This document shows, in pieces, positions 49,045-59,568 of a DNA stretch of 64,000 bases; within the stretch, counting starts at the first letter, position 1, and the number at the start of each line of letters is the position of its first letter. The stretch is from an uncultured Chromatiales bacterium (lineage in GTDB: Bacteria; Pseudomonadota; Gammaproteobacteria; SZUA-140), in assembly GCA_964388175.1 (NCBI GenBank), contig CAYLYS010000001.1:908-64907 (forward strand). Reading direction: 5' to 3'. The notes below the pieces were generated by a model, which was not told the DNA's origin, ran no database searches, and saw nothing but the letters and a program-made list of their open reading frames with translations. Made by a program: the position numbers and the translations under genes.

Positions 49045-49345
49045 GATCTGTCCTTTGATTCAGCACGAGACCGGGCGCAGGCGTCCGCGCCGTTCGCCGG
49101 CGCAGCGGGTGTCGAGCAATACCGGCAACTGGCGCCGCCGCCGCTCCGTCGCGGCGCGACGTTCCTGTTGCGTATCGACGCCGGCATCGATGCGGGGCGG
49201 GGCGGCGACGGGCTGCACCGCCTGCACCGGCGCGCCGCGCCCGGTGCGCGTTTGTCCGCCGCAGGCGCTGCTGCGGCCGATGATGTCGATGCTGAGGGGA
49301 AAATGGCTCATGTGGCGAGTATACCGCGGCCGGGTGCCGCGGCGA

Positions 49346-50089
49346 TTACCAGTAATGCTCGGTGGTGATCTGTCCGGGCGATGAGCGCTTGTTCCTGCGC
49401 AGTCCGCGTGCTTCGAGCGCCTGGATGCTGTCTTTCACCATGCCGGGGTTGCCGCAGATCATGATCTGGGACTGTTCCGCGTTCAGCGTCAGTCCAGCGC
49501 GCGCTTCCAGCCGGCCATCGGTGATGGTGATCGGGATGCGGTCACGGATGGCGAAATCCGTGTCTTCGCGGCTGACGTAGGGGACATAGGTGAAATGTCC
49601 GGGGTGGGCGCTATGGAAACCCGCGATTTCATCGCGATAAGCCAATTCGGCCGTGGTGCGCGCGGCATGTGCCAGCACCACCTGATCGAAGCGGGTCCAC
49701 AGTTCCGCTGTTTTCAGCAGCGATATGAATACGCCGATCGCGGTGCCGGTCGCCAGCAGCCACAGCTGCGGCGCGTCGGGTACCTCGGAGAGCGTGAAGT
49801 AGCCGGCGGCGCGCGCTTGTACCCAGATGCGGTCGCCGCTCTGCAGCGCCTGCAGGCGGTCGGTCAGCGGGCCCTGCGGGATGGCGATGAAATGAAATTC
49901 GAGCAGACGCTCATCGGGTGCGCTGACGAAGGAGTACGGTCGCGCTACACGCTCGCCGTCGATGTCCAGCCCGAGCTGCGTGAACTGGCCGGCACGGAAC
50001 GGCTCCACCGGCGCGTCGATGCGCAGCGAGTAGAGCTTGTCCGTCCATTGCTTTTTGTCGACGACCCGTCCTTCAACCCATTGATTCAT
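49346..50089 (-). CDS. fpr: ferredoxin--NADP(+) reductase
   Basis: FAD-binding RPYS motif and an NAD-binding GTAIGVF motif. 247 aa. Confidence 0.85.
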   Translation of the reverse strand: MNQWVEGRVVDKKQWTDKLYSLRIDAPVEPFRAGQFTQLGLDIDGERVARPYSFVSAPDERLLEFHFIAIPQGPLTDRLQALQSGDRIWVQARAAGYFTLSEVPDAPQLWLLATGTAIGVFISLLKTAELWTRFDQVVLAHAARTTAELAYRDEIAGFHSAHPGHFTYVPYVSREDTDFAIRDRIPITITDGRLEARAGLTLNAEQSQIMICGNPGMVKDSIQALEARGLRRNKRSSPGQITTEHYW

Positions 50090-50150
50090 GTCGATCCGTG
50101 TGCGCAGGCGAAAAGCGGCGATTATACACCAGGGTAGCGCGCCGTGGCCG

Positions 50151-50915
50151 TCAGCGGCATTCCCCGATCGAGCCGGGCCGGCAGCGGCGGCGGTCGATCC
50201 ATTGAGTGTTGTCGAGCGTGGCTTCGGCGAAATTGGCGCCGCTGATATCGGCGTTGACCAGGCGCGCCTGGGTCAGATCGGCGCCGCTGAAGTCGGTCGA
50301 CAGCAGCGCCGTGTGTTCGAGATTGGCGGCACGCAGGGTCGCTCCCCGCAGCGAAGCGCGCTCCAGCACCGCTTCCCGCAGATCGGCGCCGCTCAGATCG
50401 GCGGACGAGAAGTCGGCGCCGTCGGCGCGCGCCTGACCGAGCTTGGCCTTCTCCAGCCGTGCGCGCGTCAGCTTGGCGCCGCTCATTTCCGCCTGATAGA
50501 AGGAGGTTTCGCGCAGTTCCGCTGCGGTGAAGTCGGCTCCGTTCAGGCGGGCGCGGTTGAACGTCGTGCCGTTCATGAGCGCGCCGGCAAGGTTGGCGCC
50601 GGTGAGGTCGGCGCCGAGCATGCGCGCATTGTCCACTTTCGCGTCCTGCAGGTTGGCGCCGGACAGATTGGCGAAATTGAGCTCCACGCCGGTCAGCAGC
50701 GCATTGCTGAGGTTGGCGTTTTCCAGATTGGTCCGGGTGAGGATCGCGCCGCGCAGATCGATGCCGCTGAGATCGATGCCGCGCTTGTCGCAATTGATCC
50801 AGATGACCCGCGGCGCCGGCTCATCGCTGCAGGCGGCCAGGGCGCTGACCGGGTAGAGGGTGGCCAATCCCAAGATAGGCGCCAGGACGGCAGTCGATCC
50901 CGCACGGAGCCTCAT
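50151..50915 (-). CDS. pentapeptide repeat-containing secreted protein
   Basis: Signal peptide followed by tandem A(D/N)LxG pentapeptide repeats throughout. Start set at MRLRAGS. Confidence 0.75.
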   Translation of the reverse strand: MRLRAGSTAVLAPILGLATLYPVSALAACSDEPAPRVIWINCDKRGIDLSGIDLRGAILTRTNLENANLSNALLTGVELNFANLSGANLQDAKVDNARMLGADLTGANLAGALMNGTTFNRARLNGADFTAAELRETSFYQAEMSGAKLTRARLEKAKLGQARADGADFSSADLSGADLREAVLERASLRGATLRAANLEHTALLSTDFSGADLTQARLVNADISGANFAEATLDNTQWIDRRRCRPGSIGECR

Positions 50916-51057
50916 GTATTCTCCTGAAAAATCCGATGCAACATGCATGGGAGTGTAGCAAAGTTGGCGACTCTGGGTGGCGGGCGCTTTTTCGGCGCCG
51001 CTCGCATGGATCATAATGAAGGTCGCCGTTCGATAGCGCGCTTTTGGGGGGTGAATC

Positions 51058-51768
51058 ATGAGCATGGAAATTCTGCGGGCGACCACCGCGCAGGACGCCG
51101 CCGGCGTCGCTGTGCAGCGCCTGCTGACGGAAGCGGGTGCGCAGTACGGACCGATCATCGGCTGGGATCAGTTCCACATCGCGCCGACGGCCGGTCTGCC
51201 CGAACAGCGCGACAGCGGTCAGGAGGTCGTGACCTATCTGCTCGCCGGCGCGCTGCGCCATGAGGATGATCGCGGCAATCGGGCGACGGTCTGTGCCGGT
51301 GGCGCGCAGCGTGTCAGCACCGGGCGCGGCCTGTCGCATGCGGCGGTTGCCCAGGGCGGCGTGCCGGCGCGAGGCATCCGCCTGCGCATCGGCCTGCCGG
51401 CGCGCATGAGCCGGACCGAGCCGGCCTTTCAGCAGGTGGACCCGGACCGTTTCCCGAGCCGGAGCATCAACGGTGGTCGCCTGGTCACGATCATCGGCGA
51501 AGGATCGCCGCTCGAACTCGCGGGCGATATGCGCTGTTACGATGTGCATCTGGATCCGGGCGTGAGCTGGCAAGACGTCGTGCCGGCCGGTTTTCGCGGC
51601 CTGGTTTACACGGTGAGCGGTTCCGCCGCGGTGGATGCCCGCGACATCGATCAGGGCGATGCCTGTTTCTTCGATGATCCCGGCCGTATCCGCATAGAGG
51701 CGCGGGAGGAATGTCGATTGCTGTACTGCACCGCCAGGCCCTACGGCCAGGAGCGCGGCGCGGCCTGA
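51058..51768 (+). CDS. pirin-like cupin family protein
   Basis: Two cupin half-domains with partial similarity to pirin/YhhW. Confidence 0.5.
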   Translation: MSMEILRATTAQDAAGVAVQRLLTEAGAQYGPIIGWDQFHIAPTAGLPEQRDSGQEVVTYLLAGALRHEDDRGNRATVCAGGAQRVSTGRGLSHAAVAQGGVPARGIRLRIGLPARMSRTEPAFQQVDPDRFPSRSINGGRLVTIIGEGSPLELAGDMRCYDVHLDPGVSWQDVVPAGFRGLVYTVSGSAAVDARDIDQGDACFFDDPGRIRIEAREECRLLYCTARPYGQERGAA

Positions 51769-51825
51769 CGCGCCCGCGGGGCCGCGAGCAGGCGTATCTT
51801 TACCTGCTCCGGGCCTACTCTGGAT

Positions 51826-53061
51826 CTACTCTGCACCGGTCAGTCTGCTGAAGATCAGAAAGCCTGCTATGTAAGTGCCGGCCGCCGATCCGAGCGAAGC
51901 GCATACGAAGACCAGCAGCGTGCGCGATACGCGGTTGCGCCACCAGCCGCGCAGCTGCCGGGTATCCTGCCGCAGCCGGCTGAAATCGCCGACTTCCGGT
52001 TTGCGCAGCCAGGTCTCGACCAGGGCGGCAATCATGCCGGCTCCCACCACCGGGTTGAACGAGGTCAGCGGCGCGGCGGCGAATGCGCTGGCGATGGTGA
52101 GATAATGCCCGCCGGCGATGGTGGCGCCGAGCGCGGCGAGGCCGCCGTTGATCATGATCCAGTCGAACACCATCCGCATGCCGAGTTGCGGGTTGTGCAG
52201 AAAGCCGAGCGCGAAGCCGGCCAGGATCAGCACGATCACCACCCATGACAGGATGCGCGGCAGGCGGCTGGGCGGCGGAATTCGGTCCAGCTCGGCGAGA
52301 CGGGCCGATTGCCCGGTTTCGGTGGTCAGTTCCTCCTGCAGGTATTGCTGCAGTCCGCGCAAGTGTCCGGCGCCGACGATCACCAGCACGTTACGGTAAG
52401 CGTTGGCGCCGATCTCGGCCGCCAGGCGCAGGGACATGTAACGGTCGCGCTCGTCTATCAGCGGCACGTAGAGTGCCTGCGCTTCCTCGGCAAACTGGGT
52501 GAAGATCGATTCGAGCATGTCGCCCTGCTTGAGGCGTTCGATCTCTTCCTCGCTGATGCTGCGTCTGCTGGTCACGCTGCCGAGCAGGCCGGCGATGAGG
52601 CTGATGCGTTGCCACCAGCGCACGCCGCGATAGATGCGCTTGAGGGTGATCGCGATCTCGCGGTCGATGAGCAGCACGGGCAGGTGGCGTGTCTGCGCGC
52701 CTTCGATGGCCGCGTGCATCTCCGCGCCCGGTGTGACGCCGAGCTGTTCCGCCATGCGCTGCTGATAGGCGCCGAGGGCCAGGCTGGCGGTGACCAGCGC
52801 GGCCTTTTTTTCCCTGAAAACCTGGAACAGATCCATCCGTGCGAGTGCATCGGGGTTGACGATGGCGTTGTAGCGGCTGGGGCAGAGTTCGACGGCGACG
52901 GCGTCATAGTCGCCGCCTGCCAGCAATTCCTTCACCTTGTTCGCGCTGGCGCGCGAGATGTGCGCGGTGCCGAGCAGAGTGAGGCGGTGAGCGCCATGTT
53001 CGACGACGAGCAAGGGCTCGGCATCGATGGTGGTGTCCGCGGGAGTGAGTATGGGGTTCAT
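51826..53061 (-). CDS. TraB/GumN family protein
   Basis: N-terminal TraB domain (LLGTAHISRAS..., GAGHL) plus C-terminal TM helices. Start set at MNPILTP within called ORF 51826..53472. Confidence 0.7.
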   Translation of the reverse strand: MNPILTPADTTIDAEPLLVVEHGAHRLTLLGTAHISRASANKVKELLAGGDYDAVAVELCPSRYNAIVNPDALARMDLFQVFREKKAALVTASLALGAYQQRMAEQLGVTPGAEMHAAIEGAQTRHLPVLLIDREIAITLKRIYRGVRWWQRISLIAGLLGSVTSRRSISEEEIERLKQGDMLESIFTQFAEEAQALYVPLIDERDRYMSLRLAAEIGANAYRNVLVIVGAGHLRGLQQYLQEELTTETGQSARLAELDRIPPPSRLPRILSWVVIVLILAGFALGFLHNPQLGMRMVFDWIMINGGLAALGATIAGGHYLTIASAFAAAPLTSFNPVVGAGMIAALVETWLRKPEVGDFSRLRQDTRQLRGWWRNRVSRTLLVFVCASLGSAAGTYIAGFLIFSRLTGAE

Positions 53062-53311
53062 GGTCGGAATGGCGCCCGGATCGATTCTGATAGAGTACTC
53101 AAAAAACCCGCGGGGTGTTGGAGCAGCGCTTGCGGCCCGGAAGAGACCGGTAGATGTGGCGGGCGCGCAGCGCCGTCTCCGGCGCCCTGTTTCTGCAATT
53201 GTAAGTGAATGATTCGGCAAGAGGTAATGATACGGTGATGGAGAAGTTCGGTGTTCGCCGCCATGGCGCCGCGAACGTGTGGTGCGTGTTGCCGGTGCGC
53301 GGGGGCCGCGC

Positions 53312-54094
53312 ATGAAAGTGTGGGGAAAGATACTGGGGGGCGTGTTCGGCTTCATGCTGGGCGGTCCGATCGGTGCGCTGATCGGTGTTGCCATCGGCCA
53401 TGCGTTCGACCGGGGCTTGCACCGGGTTGCCGGCGCGATACCGCGTGCGCGCGCGCAGGGGGCGTTTTTCACCGCGGTTTTTTCCGTGCTCGGTCATCTG
53501 TCCAAGGCCGATGGCCGCGTCAATGAGAACGAGATCCGCATGGCCGAGGCGGTGATGGATCACATGGGTTTGCCGGCGCCGTTGCGCGAGCATGCCAAGG
53601 CGCTGTTCCGGCGCGGCAAGGAGCCCGGCTTTTCCCTCGATGCCGCGTTGGCGGATTTCGCGCGCGAGAGCCGGCACAGCCGTGAGTTGACGCGTATATT
53701 CCTGGAAATCCTGCTGCAATCGGCTTATGCCGACGGCGATATGCATGCCGCGGAAGCGCGCGTGCTGGAGCGGGTGCGCGAGCGTCTGAGTTTTCCGCGC
53801 GACGAGTTCGCGCGTCTGGACGCCATGATGCGCGCTGCCGCCGGCGGTGCGTCAGGGCGTGCGCAGAGCGGCGCGCGCGATATGGATCTGGCGCGCGCCT
53901 ATCAGATACTGGGTTGCAATCCCGATGCCAGCGATGCCGAGATCAAGAAACAATACCGGCTTCTGCTGAGCCAGCATCATCCGGACAAGCTCGTCGCCAA
54001 GGGCTTGCCGGAAGAAATGATGAAGCTCGCCGCCGAGCGCACCGTGGAAATTCGCCAGGCGTATGAACGATTGCGCGCCGCGCGCGGTTTCTGA
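53312..54094 (+). CDS. djlA: co-chaperone DjlA
   Basis: N-terminal TM segment, TerB-like domain and C-terminal J-domain (HPDK motif, YQILGCNPDASDAEIKKQYRLLLSQHHPDK). Confidence 0.85.
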   Translation: MKVWGKILGGVFGFMLGGPIGALIGVAIGHAFDRGLHRVAGAIPRARAQGAFFTAVFSVLGHLSKADGRVNENEIRMAEAVMDHMGLPAPLREHAKALFRRGKEPGFSLDAALADFARESRHSRELTRIFLEILLQSAYADGDMHAAEARVLERVRERLSFPRDEFARLDAMMRAAAGGASGRAQSGARDMDLARAYQILGCNPDASDAEIKKQYRLLLSQHHPDKLVAKGLPEEMMKLAAERTVEIRQAYERLRAARGF

Positions 54095-54217
54095 AGGGTG
54101 AAACGGGTGTGTCGCCGGGCGCGTTTGTGACGGCTTAATGGCGGATGTGGTATCATGCTGCGATTCGCGCCGCGATAGACTCACGTTGGGCATCACATTG
54201 GGGAGAGACGTATCGTA

Positions 54218-54844
54218 ATGGCGATCTCAGCCGCCCGCAGGCCGGTCATGACCCTGTATTCAAAGGCCGACTGTCCGCTCAGTCATCGTGTCCGCATCGT
54301 ACTCGCCGAGAAAGGCGTCGTTGCCGACATCATCAATGTCGATATCAATAACCCGCCTGAAGACCTGATCGATATCAATGCCTACAACTCGGTGCCGACG
54401 CTCGTCGACCGAGACCTCGTGCTCTACGACTCCATGGTCATCATGGAATACCTCGACGAACGTTTTCCCCACCCGCCGCTGATGCCGGTGGATCCGGTCT
54501 CACGCGCGCGTACCCGCATGATGCTGCATCGCATCGACAAGGACTGGTATGGCCTCGTCGCCGATCTCACCGGCACGGACAAGGCGCGCGCCGAGCAGGC
54601 GCGCAACATGCTGCGCAACGATTTCACCATGCTGTCGCCGATTCTCGCCAAGAAGCCTTATTTCATGAGCGATGAATTCGCGCTGATCGAATGCGCGATG
54701 GCTCCGATACTCTGGCGCCTGCCCTGCTTCGGTCTGGAGATGCCGACGCAGCTCAAGCCGTTGCTGCGCTATGCCGAGCGCGTCTTCGATCGCCCGTCGT
54801 TCCGCAGCAGCCTGTCGGCCGTGGAACAGGAGCTGGTCAGGTAG
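54218..54844 (+). CDS. sspA: stringent starvation protein A
   Basis: Near-colinear with E. coli SspA (MTLYSKADCPLSHRVRIVLAEKGV..., FPHPPLMPV). Confidence 0.9.
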   Translation: MAISAARRPVMTLYSKADCPLSHRVRIVLAEKGVVADIINVDINNPPEDLIDINAYNSVPTLVDRDLVLYDSMVIMEYLDERFPHPPLMPVDPVSRARTRMMLHRIDKDWYGLVADLTGTDKARAEQARNMLRNDFTMLSPILAKKPYFMSDEFALIECAMAPILWRLPCFGLEMPTQLKPLLRYAERVFDRPSFRSSLSAVEQELVR

Positions 54845-54852
54845 GAGGCGGC

Positions 54853-55284
54853 ATGGAGCAGCACATCAGCATGACGTCGAGCCGTCCGTATATTCTGCGT
54901 GCCATCTACGACTGGATCGTCGACAATGGGCTGACGCCGTATATTCTGGTCAATGCCGAAGCGCCGGGTGCGCAGGTCCCCGAACGGCATGTCGAGCACG
55001 GCCGCATCGTGCTCAACATCGCGCCGCGCGCGGTCAGTGCCTGGCAGCAGGATCTGACCCGGATTTTCTTCAGCGCGCGCTTCGGCGGCGTCAGTCAGAA
55101 CGTCAGTATTCCGATCGCTGCCGTGCTTGCCATCTACGCCAAGGAGAACGGCAAGGGCATGGTGTTCGAGAAGGAAGAGCACGGCAGTCCACCGCCGGCG
55201 TCGCCGCCTTCACCCCCGTCGCCGCCATCACCATCGTCCGAGGCGGGGAAAAAGCGCCGCCCGCACCTGCAGGTCATCAAGTAG
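54853..55284 (+). CDS. sspB: ClpXP protease specificity-enhancing factor SspB
   Basis: RPYILRAIYDWIVDNGLTPYILV...GRIVLNIAPRAV..., with a disordered tail ending in a ClpX-binding-like motif. Confidence 0.85.
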   Translation: MEQHISMTSSRPYILRAIYDWIVDNGLTPYILVNAEAPGAQVPERHVEHGRIVLNIAPRAVSAWQQDLTRIFFSARFGGVSQNVSIPIAAVLAIYAKENGKGMVFEKEEHGSPPPASPPSPPSPPSPSSEAGKKRRPHLQVIK

Positions 55285-56668
55285 GCGGCGGCAGCGTCTT
55301 GTCCGGATTGAGCAGCTGGTCGGGATCGAACTGCGCCTTGATGCGCCGCATCAGATCGAGACTGACCGGATCGATCTCGCGATCGACGTAATCGCGTTTC
55401 TCCAGCCCCACCCCATGCTCGCCGGACAGCGTGCCGCCGAGCGCGAGCACGAGATCGAACACGCGCGACAAACAGGGTAGCGCGCTTGCCATCTGCCGGT
55501 GGTCGTCCGGATCGACGAGCAGATTGACGTGAATATTGCCGTTGCCGGCATGGCCGAAGTTGACGATGGTGATCCCGCTGTCGTGCGACAGGCGCTCGAG
55601 ACCGGTGATCAGTTCGGGAATGCGTGAAACCGGCACCACCACGTCCTCATTGATCTTCTTCGGCGCGATCTTGCGCAGCGCCGGCGACAGCGCCTTGCGT
55701 GTGGCCCACAGCGCCGCGGTTTCGCGCGCGTCGGCCGCCGCGACGAAGCTGATCAATCCGTCGAGCGTCGCCGCCGCACGCACGGCGGCGACGGCGGCAT
55801 CCATCGCGCTGCGTGGCCCGTCGACTTCGATCATCAGCAGCGCGCCGGCCCCTGCCGGCAGCGCCGCCTCCGAGTAGTCGCGAATCATCTCGATCGCGCG
55901 CGCATCGATGAACTCGAGCCCGCACGGCGTCGCCGGCTGCGCCATGATGCGCGCGACGGCATGCGCCGCAGCGTGAATGGAATCATAGACCGCCTGCAGC
56001 GTGCGCTTTTCCTCGGGCAGCGGCGTCAGCTTGAGCGTCGCCTCGGTGATGATCGCCAGCGTGCCTTCCGATCCGATCAGCAGGCGCGTGAGGTCATAAC
56101 CGACCACCCCTTTGCTGGTATTCACGCCGGTGCGGATCTCTTCGCCGGCGCCGGTCACGGCGCGCAGGCCGAGCACGTTTTCGCGCGGCGTGCCGTATTT
56201 CACCGCGCGCGGACCGGCGGAATTGTAGGCGAGGTTGCCGCCGATGCTGCAGAAGGCGGCGCTGGTCGGGTCGGGCGGCCAGAAGAAGCCATGCGCACCG
56301 ACCGCATCCTGTACCGCCTGATTGCTGATGCCCGTTTCCACGGTGATCAGGCGGTCGGCGGGTTCGAGGCGCAGGATGCGCGTCATCCGTTCGGTCGACA
56401 GTACCAGGCCGCCGCGCGTGGGTACGGCGGCGCCGGTGGTGCCGGTGCCGCGACCGCGCGGCACGACGCAGATGCCGTGACGGCGGCACAGGCGCATGAC
56501 GGCCAGCACTTCTTCATGATTTTCCGGAAAGGCGACCGCATCGGGCGGATGATGGCGGCGGCTGTTGTCGTAGCCGTAGGGCCAGCAGTCGGCGGGATCG
56601 CTGAGCAGCTTGCCGGGGCCGAGCGTTCGCGTCAGATCGGCGAGTGCGGCGGCAGCGATGCCGCTCAA
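55277..56668 (-). CDS. FAD-binding oxidase (GlcD/D-lactate dehydrogenase family)
   Basis: FAD_binding_4 domain and FAD-oxidase C-terminal domain. 463 aa. Confidence 0.8.
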   Translation of the reverse strand: MSGIAAAALADLTRTLGPGKLLSDPADCWPYGYDNSRRHHPPDAVAFPENHEEVLAVMRLCRRHGICVVPRGRGTGTTGAAVPTRGGLVLSTERMTRILRLEPADRLITVETGISNQAVQDAVGAHGFFWPPDPTSAAFCSIGGNLAYNSAGPRAVKYGTPRENVLGLRAVTGAGEEIRTGVNTSKGVVGYDLTRLLIGSEGTLAIITEATLKLTPLPEEKRTLQAVYDSIHAAAHAVARIMAQPATPCGLEFIDARAIEMIRDYSEAALPAGAGALLMIEVDGPRSAMDAAVAAVRAAATLDGLISFVAAADARETAALWATRKALSPALRKIAPKKINEDVVVPVSRIPELITGLERLSHDSGITIVNFGHAGNGNIHVNLLVDPDDHRQMASALPCLSRVFDLVLALGGTLSGEHGVGLEKRDYVDREIDPVSLDLMRRIKAQFDPDQLLNPDKTLPPPT

Positions 56669-57330
56669 GCGAGGTACTCGAAAACGAATACGATCAGTTT
56701 GACGCCTTCCACGCCCTGGACGATGGCGCCGATGCGGGCGGCGTCATCGCGCCGTACGCGTCCCATCAGATAGACCGTATCCCTTTCGGTGACGATCTTG
56801 AGATGAGCGGAAGGAAATCCGTTCTCTCCCGCCAGCGCGCTTTTGACCCGCGCCGTGATCATGGTGTCGCGGCTGCGTTGACCGAGCTGCGAAGGCGGAG
56901 CGATTGCCAGGTGGTCGTGAATGCGGCGGATCTGCTCGATGCCGCGCAAGTGAGCGAGAACGCGCTGGCGTGTCGCTTCGTCGGGTACCTGTCCGGTGAG
57001 CAGGACGACCTGGTGATAGCTGGTGACGGATACATTGACGTCGCGCGCCAGCGAGCGGTCGCCGTTGACGGCGCTGGCGATGCGTGACTCCAGTCGCTCG
57101 TCTTCGAGCACCACGCCGGGCGGGCGCTTGTCCTGCGTGATCGCGACGCCCGCCGCGGCGCCCGCCACCAGCAGCGGGGCGGCGCAGCCCTGCAGCAGGA
57201 GCGGCGTGGCCAACGCCAGGGTGATCAGTGCCAGGGTAACCGATGACGACGGTGTTCTGAACCTCACTTCGTTTTCTCCCGTATCGTGCCTGCGCACAAA
57301 GCTCAGCCGCTGAATGCGTCGCTGATCCAT
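56665..57330 (-). CDS. BON domain lipoprotein DolP/YraP-like
   Basis: Lipobox LLQGC and two BON domains. In a conserved lpoA-yraN-dolP context. The true start may be an internal GTG near 57267. Confidence 0.7.
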   Translation of the reverse strand: MDQRRIQRLSFVRRHDTGENEVRFRTPSSSVTLALITLALATPLLLQGCAAPLLVAGAAAGVAITQDKRPPGVVLEDERLESRIASAVNGDRSLARDVNVSVTSYHQVVLLTGQVPDEATRQRVLAHLRGIEQIRRIHDHLAIAPPSQLGQRSRDTMITARVKSALAGENGFPSAHLKIVTERDTVYLMGRVRRDDAARIGAIVQGVEGVKLIVFVFEYLA

Positions 57331-57686
57331 TCGATGTGCAGACCCTGCGGTGACGGCCGCACGGCGACGACGTCGAAGCGCATCGGCCGCTCGCGCTGCG
57401 CGGGGTGGGTCTGCAGATAATACTGCGCTGTCGTCAGCAGGCGGGCCTGTTTGCGCGCGGCGACGCTTTCCGCCGGACTGCCGTAGCGGTCGCTGCGGCG
57501 GTAGCGCACCTCGACGAACACCAGGCAGTCGCCGTCGCGCATGATCAGGTCGATTTCGCCGGCGCGGCAGTGGAAATTGCGTTCGATCACGCGCAAGCCG
57601 TGCGCGCTCAGGTGAGCGAGCGCGGCTTCTTCCGCGCGCCGACCGGCGTCCGGCGCCCGAGATTCAATTTCAGGCGATTCAATCAT
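57303..57686 (-). CDS. yraN: YraN family protein (UPF0102)
   Basis: 127 aa restriction-endonuclease-like fold. Conserved downstream of lpoA. Confidence 0.75.
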   Translation of the reverse strand: MIESPEIESRAPDAGRRAEEAALAHLSAHGLRVIERNFHCRAGEIDLIMRDGDCLVFVEVRYRRSDRYGSPAESVAARKQARLLTTAQYYLQTHPAQRERPMRFDVVAVRPSPQGLHIEWISDAFSG

Positions 57687-59553
57687 AGGCCCGGGCGACG
57701 CCGTTGCTGAAGCGCGCCCAGCGCAGCTGGCGGAAGACGTGATTATCGTCGCCGAGCTGCAGCGTGCCGGTATGGCCGTCGAAGCGTTCGTACGGGAACA
57801 GGCGCAGCGTGTTGAGCATGGGAATGATGTCGTAGGCGTCCGCCCCCAGCGCATAGAGGCGCAGATACTGTCCGGGTGCGTCGGGCCACAGCCGCTCGAT
57901 GTCTTTGCGTACCGGATCGGTATCGCCGGCGAGAACCCAGGGTATGTCGCAGAAGATCACGCCATCGACGTCGCGGTCCGCCGCCGGATCGGAGCGGCCG
58001 TTATAGATGTGCGATGTGCTGTAGACCGGCAGTTCGCCGGCGTAGTGGAACTTCAGTTGCGGCCGCAGCAGGCGTGCCTGACGAGGGAAGGCGGCCATGA
58101 AGATGAAGTCGGCGTCCTGACGGCGATAGGGTTCGAACTGCAGGCTGCGCTGCAGCAGGCGCTCGAGCTCCGCGTGCCGCTGCGCGCTCTCGTCGAGGTC
58201 GAGCAGACGCTTGATCTGCTCCGAGTAGTCGTTGTTGTCCGCCGGGTAGGGCTGGGCTTCGAGCAGGGTGCCGCCGAGTTTTTCCCACTCCTGGCGGAAC
58301 GCCTGCAGGACGCGAGTACCCCATTCGCCGTCGGGGATCAGCGCCAGGGCGCGGTTGTGGCCGTCGAGCCAGGCGCGGTGAGCCACCTGGCGCGCTTCGT
58401 CCTCCGGCGCCAGACCGAATTGGTAGCGCTGGGTCTCGCCGGCGCGCGCCGTCTCGCTGTAATTGAGCAGCAGTGTCGGCACCGGCGCGCGTTCGGATGC
58501 GATCTGATTGACCGCGGGCCGGGTGAGCGGACCGACGACGAAATCGGCGCCGTCGCTGACCGCGGCGGCATAGGCGGCGCTGGCCGCCACGGCGTCGTTA
58601 CCGGCTTCGTAAAAGCGGATGGACGGTTGATAGCTCTTGTTGTCGCGACGGAAGTGCGCGGCGAGAAAGCCGTCACGCAGGGCGCGGCCGGATTCTGCGA
58701 CCGTTCCGCTCTGCGGCAACAGGACGGCGATGTTCACGGGGCGCGCCACCGCTTCGCGCTGGCGCGCGAGTACGAGCGCGATGATCTCTTCCGATGCCGG
58801 ATGCGCCGGATAGCGGGCGCGCCACTGGTCGAGCATGGTGTCGATCGCGATCCCGCTCTGGGCGGCGCGCGCGATCAGGGCCAGCTCACGCCAGCCGGTG
58901 AACGCCGACGCCGGCTCCGCGCCGCTCCTGAGCAGGTTTTCCGGCAGCGAATTCAGCGCCTGCCAGATGCTCTGCTGATTGGCGATGATGAATTCGCGCG
59001 CGGTGAGATCGGGTTCGCGCAGCACGAGCTCGCGCGCCGTGCTCAGCAGATCGCCGCTGCGCCGGTAGGCATGCGCGCGCAGCTCGCGCGCTTCGGCGCG
59101 CAGCGCTGCGGGCAGCGCATCCAGCGGGAACTGCAGTTCCTTGAGTGCCTGTGCCGGCTTGTTCTGCGCCAATGCGATGCGCGCGGCGAGCATGTGCGCG
59201 CGTGCCGTTTGCGTGCTGCCGAGCTGGCGCGGATCGATTTCGGCCAGAATCTGCTGCGCCGGCGCAATGTGATTGCCGCGCAGCAGTGCATCGGCGGCTT
59301 CCAGCAGATAGCCGGCGCGTTTCAGCGCCGAGGCGCCTTCGGCGAGCGCCAGATAGCGCTGCGCCGCTTCATCGTGGTTGCCGCGCGCGTTGGCGCGCTC
59401 GGCCTGCGCCAGCAGTTCCGTTTCCGGCGCCGGCGCGCTGCGCTCGGTCGGGACGCCGGCGCAGCCGCCGAGCGCGAGTGCTATGATCAGCGCGGCGTGG
59501 CGCCAGCGGGCCGGGGCGGGGGACGAGCGCAATCCAAGTATCCAAATGGGCAT
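57679..59553 (-). CDS. lpoA: penicillin-binding protein activator LpoA
   Basis: Lipobox ALALGGC, an N-terminal TPR-like domain and a C-terminal periplasmic-binding-like domain. 624 aa, divergent from rsmI as in E. coli. Start MPIWILG derived by frame arithmetic. Confidence 0.85.
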   Translation of the reverse strand: MPIWILGLRSSPAPARWRHAALIIALALGGCAGVPTERSAPAPETELLAQAERANARGNHDEAAQRYLALAEGASALKRAGYLLEAADALLRGNHIAPAQQILAEIDPRQLGSTQTARAHMLAARIALAQNKPAQALKELQFPLDALPAALRAEARELRAHAYRRSGDLLSTARELVLREPDLTAREFIIANQQSIWQALNSLPENLLRSGAEPASAFTGWRELALIARAAQSGIAIDTMLDQWRARYPAHPASEEIIALVLARQREAVARPVNIAVLLPQSGTVAESGRALRDGFLAAHFRRDNKSYQPSIRFYEAGNDAVAASAAYAAAVSDGADFVVGPLTRPAVNQIASERAPVPTLLLNYSETARAGETQRYQFGLAPEDEARQVAHRAWLDGHNRALALIPDGEWGTRVLQAFRQEWEKLGGTLLEAQPYPADNNDYSEQIKRLLDLDESAQRHAELERLLQRSLQFEPYRRQDADFIFMAAFPRQARLLRPQLKFHYAGELPVYSTSHIYNGRSDPAADRDVDGVIFCDIPWVLAGDTDPVRKDIERLWPDAPGQYLRLYALGADAYDIIPMLNTLRLFPYERFDGHTGTLQLGDDNHVFRQLRWARFSNGVARAYD

Positions 59554-59568
59554 TAGGGGTGCCAATCG

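Noticed and set aside
57739-59556. 605-aa plus-strand ORF opposite lpoA
   Set aside because: Antisense shadow ORF.
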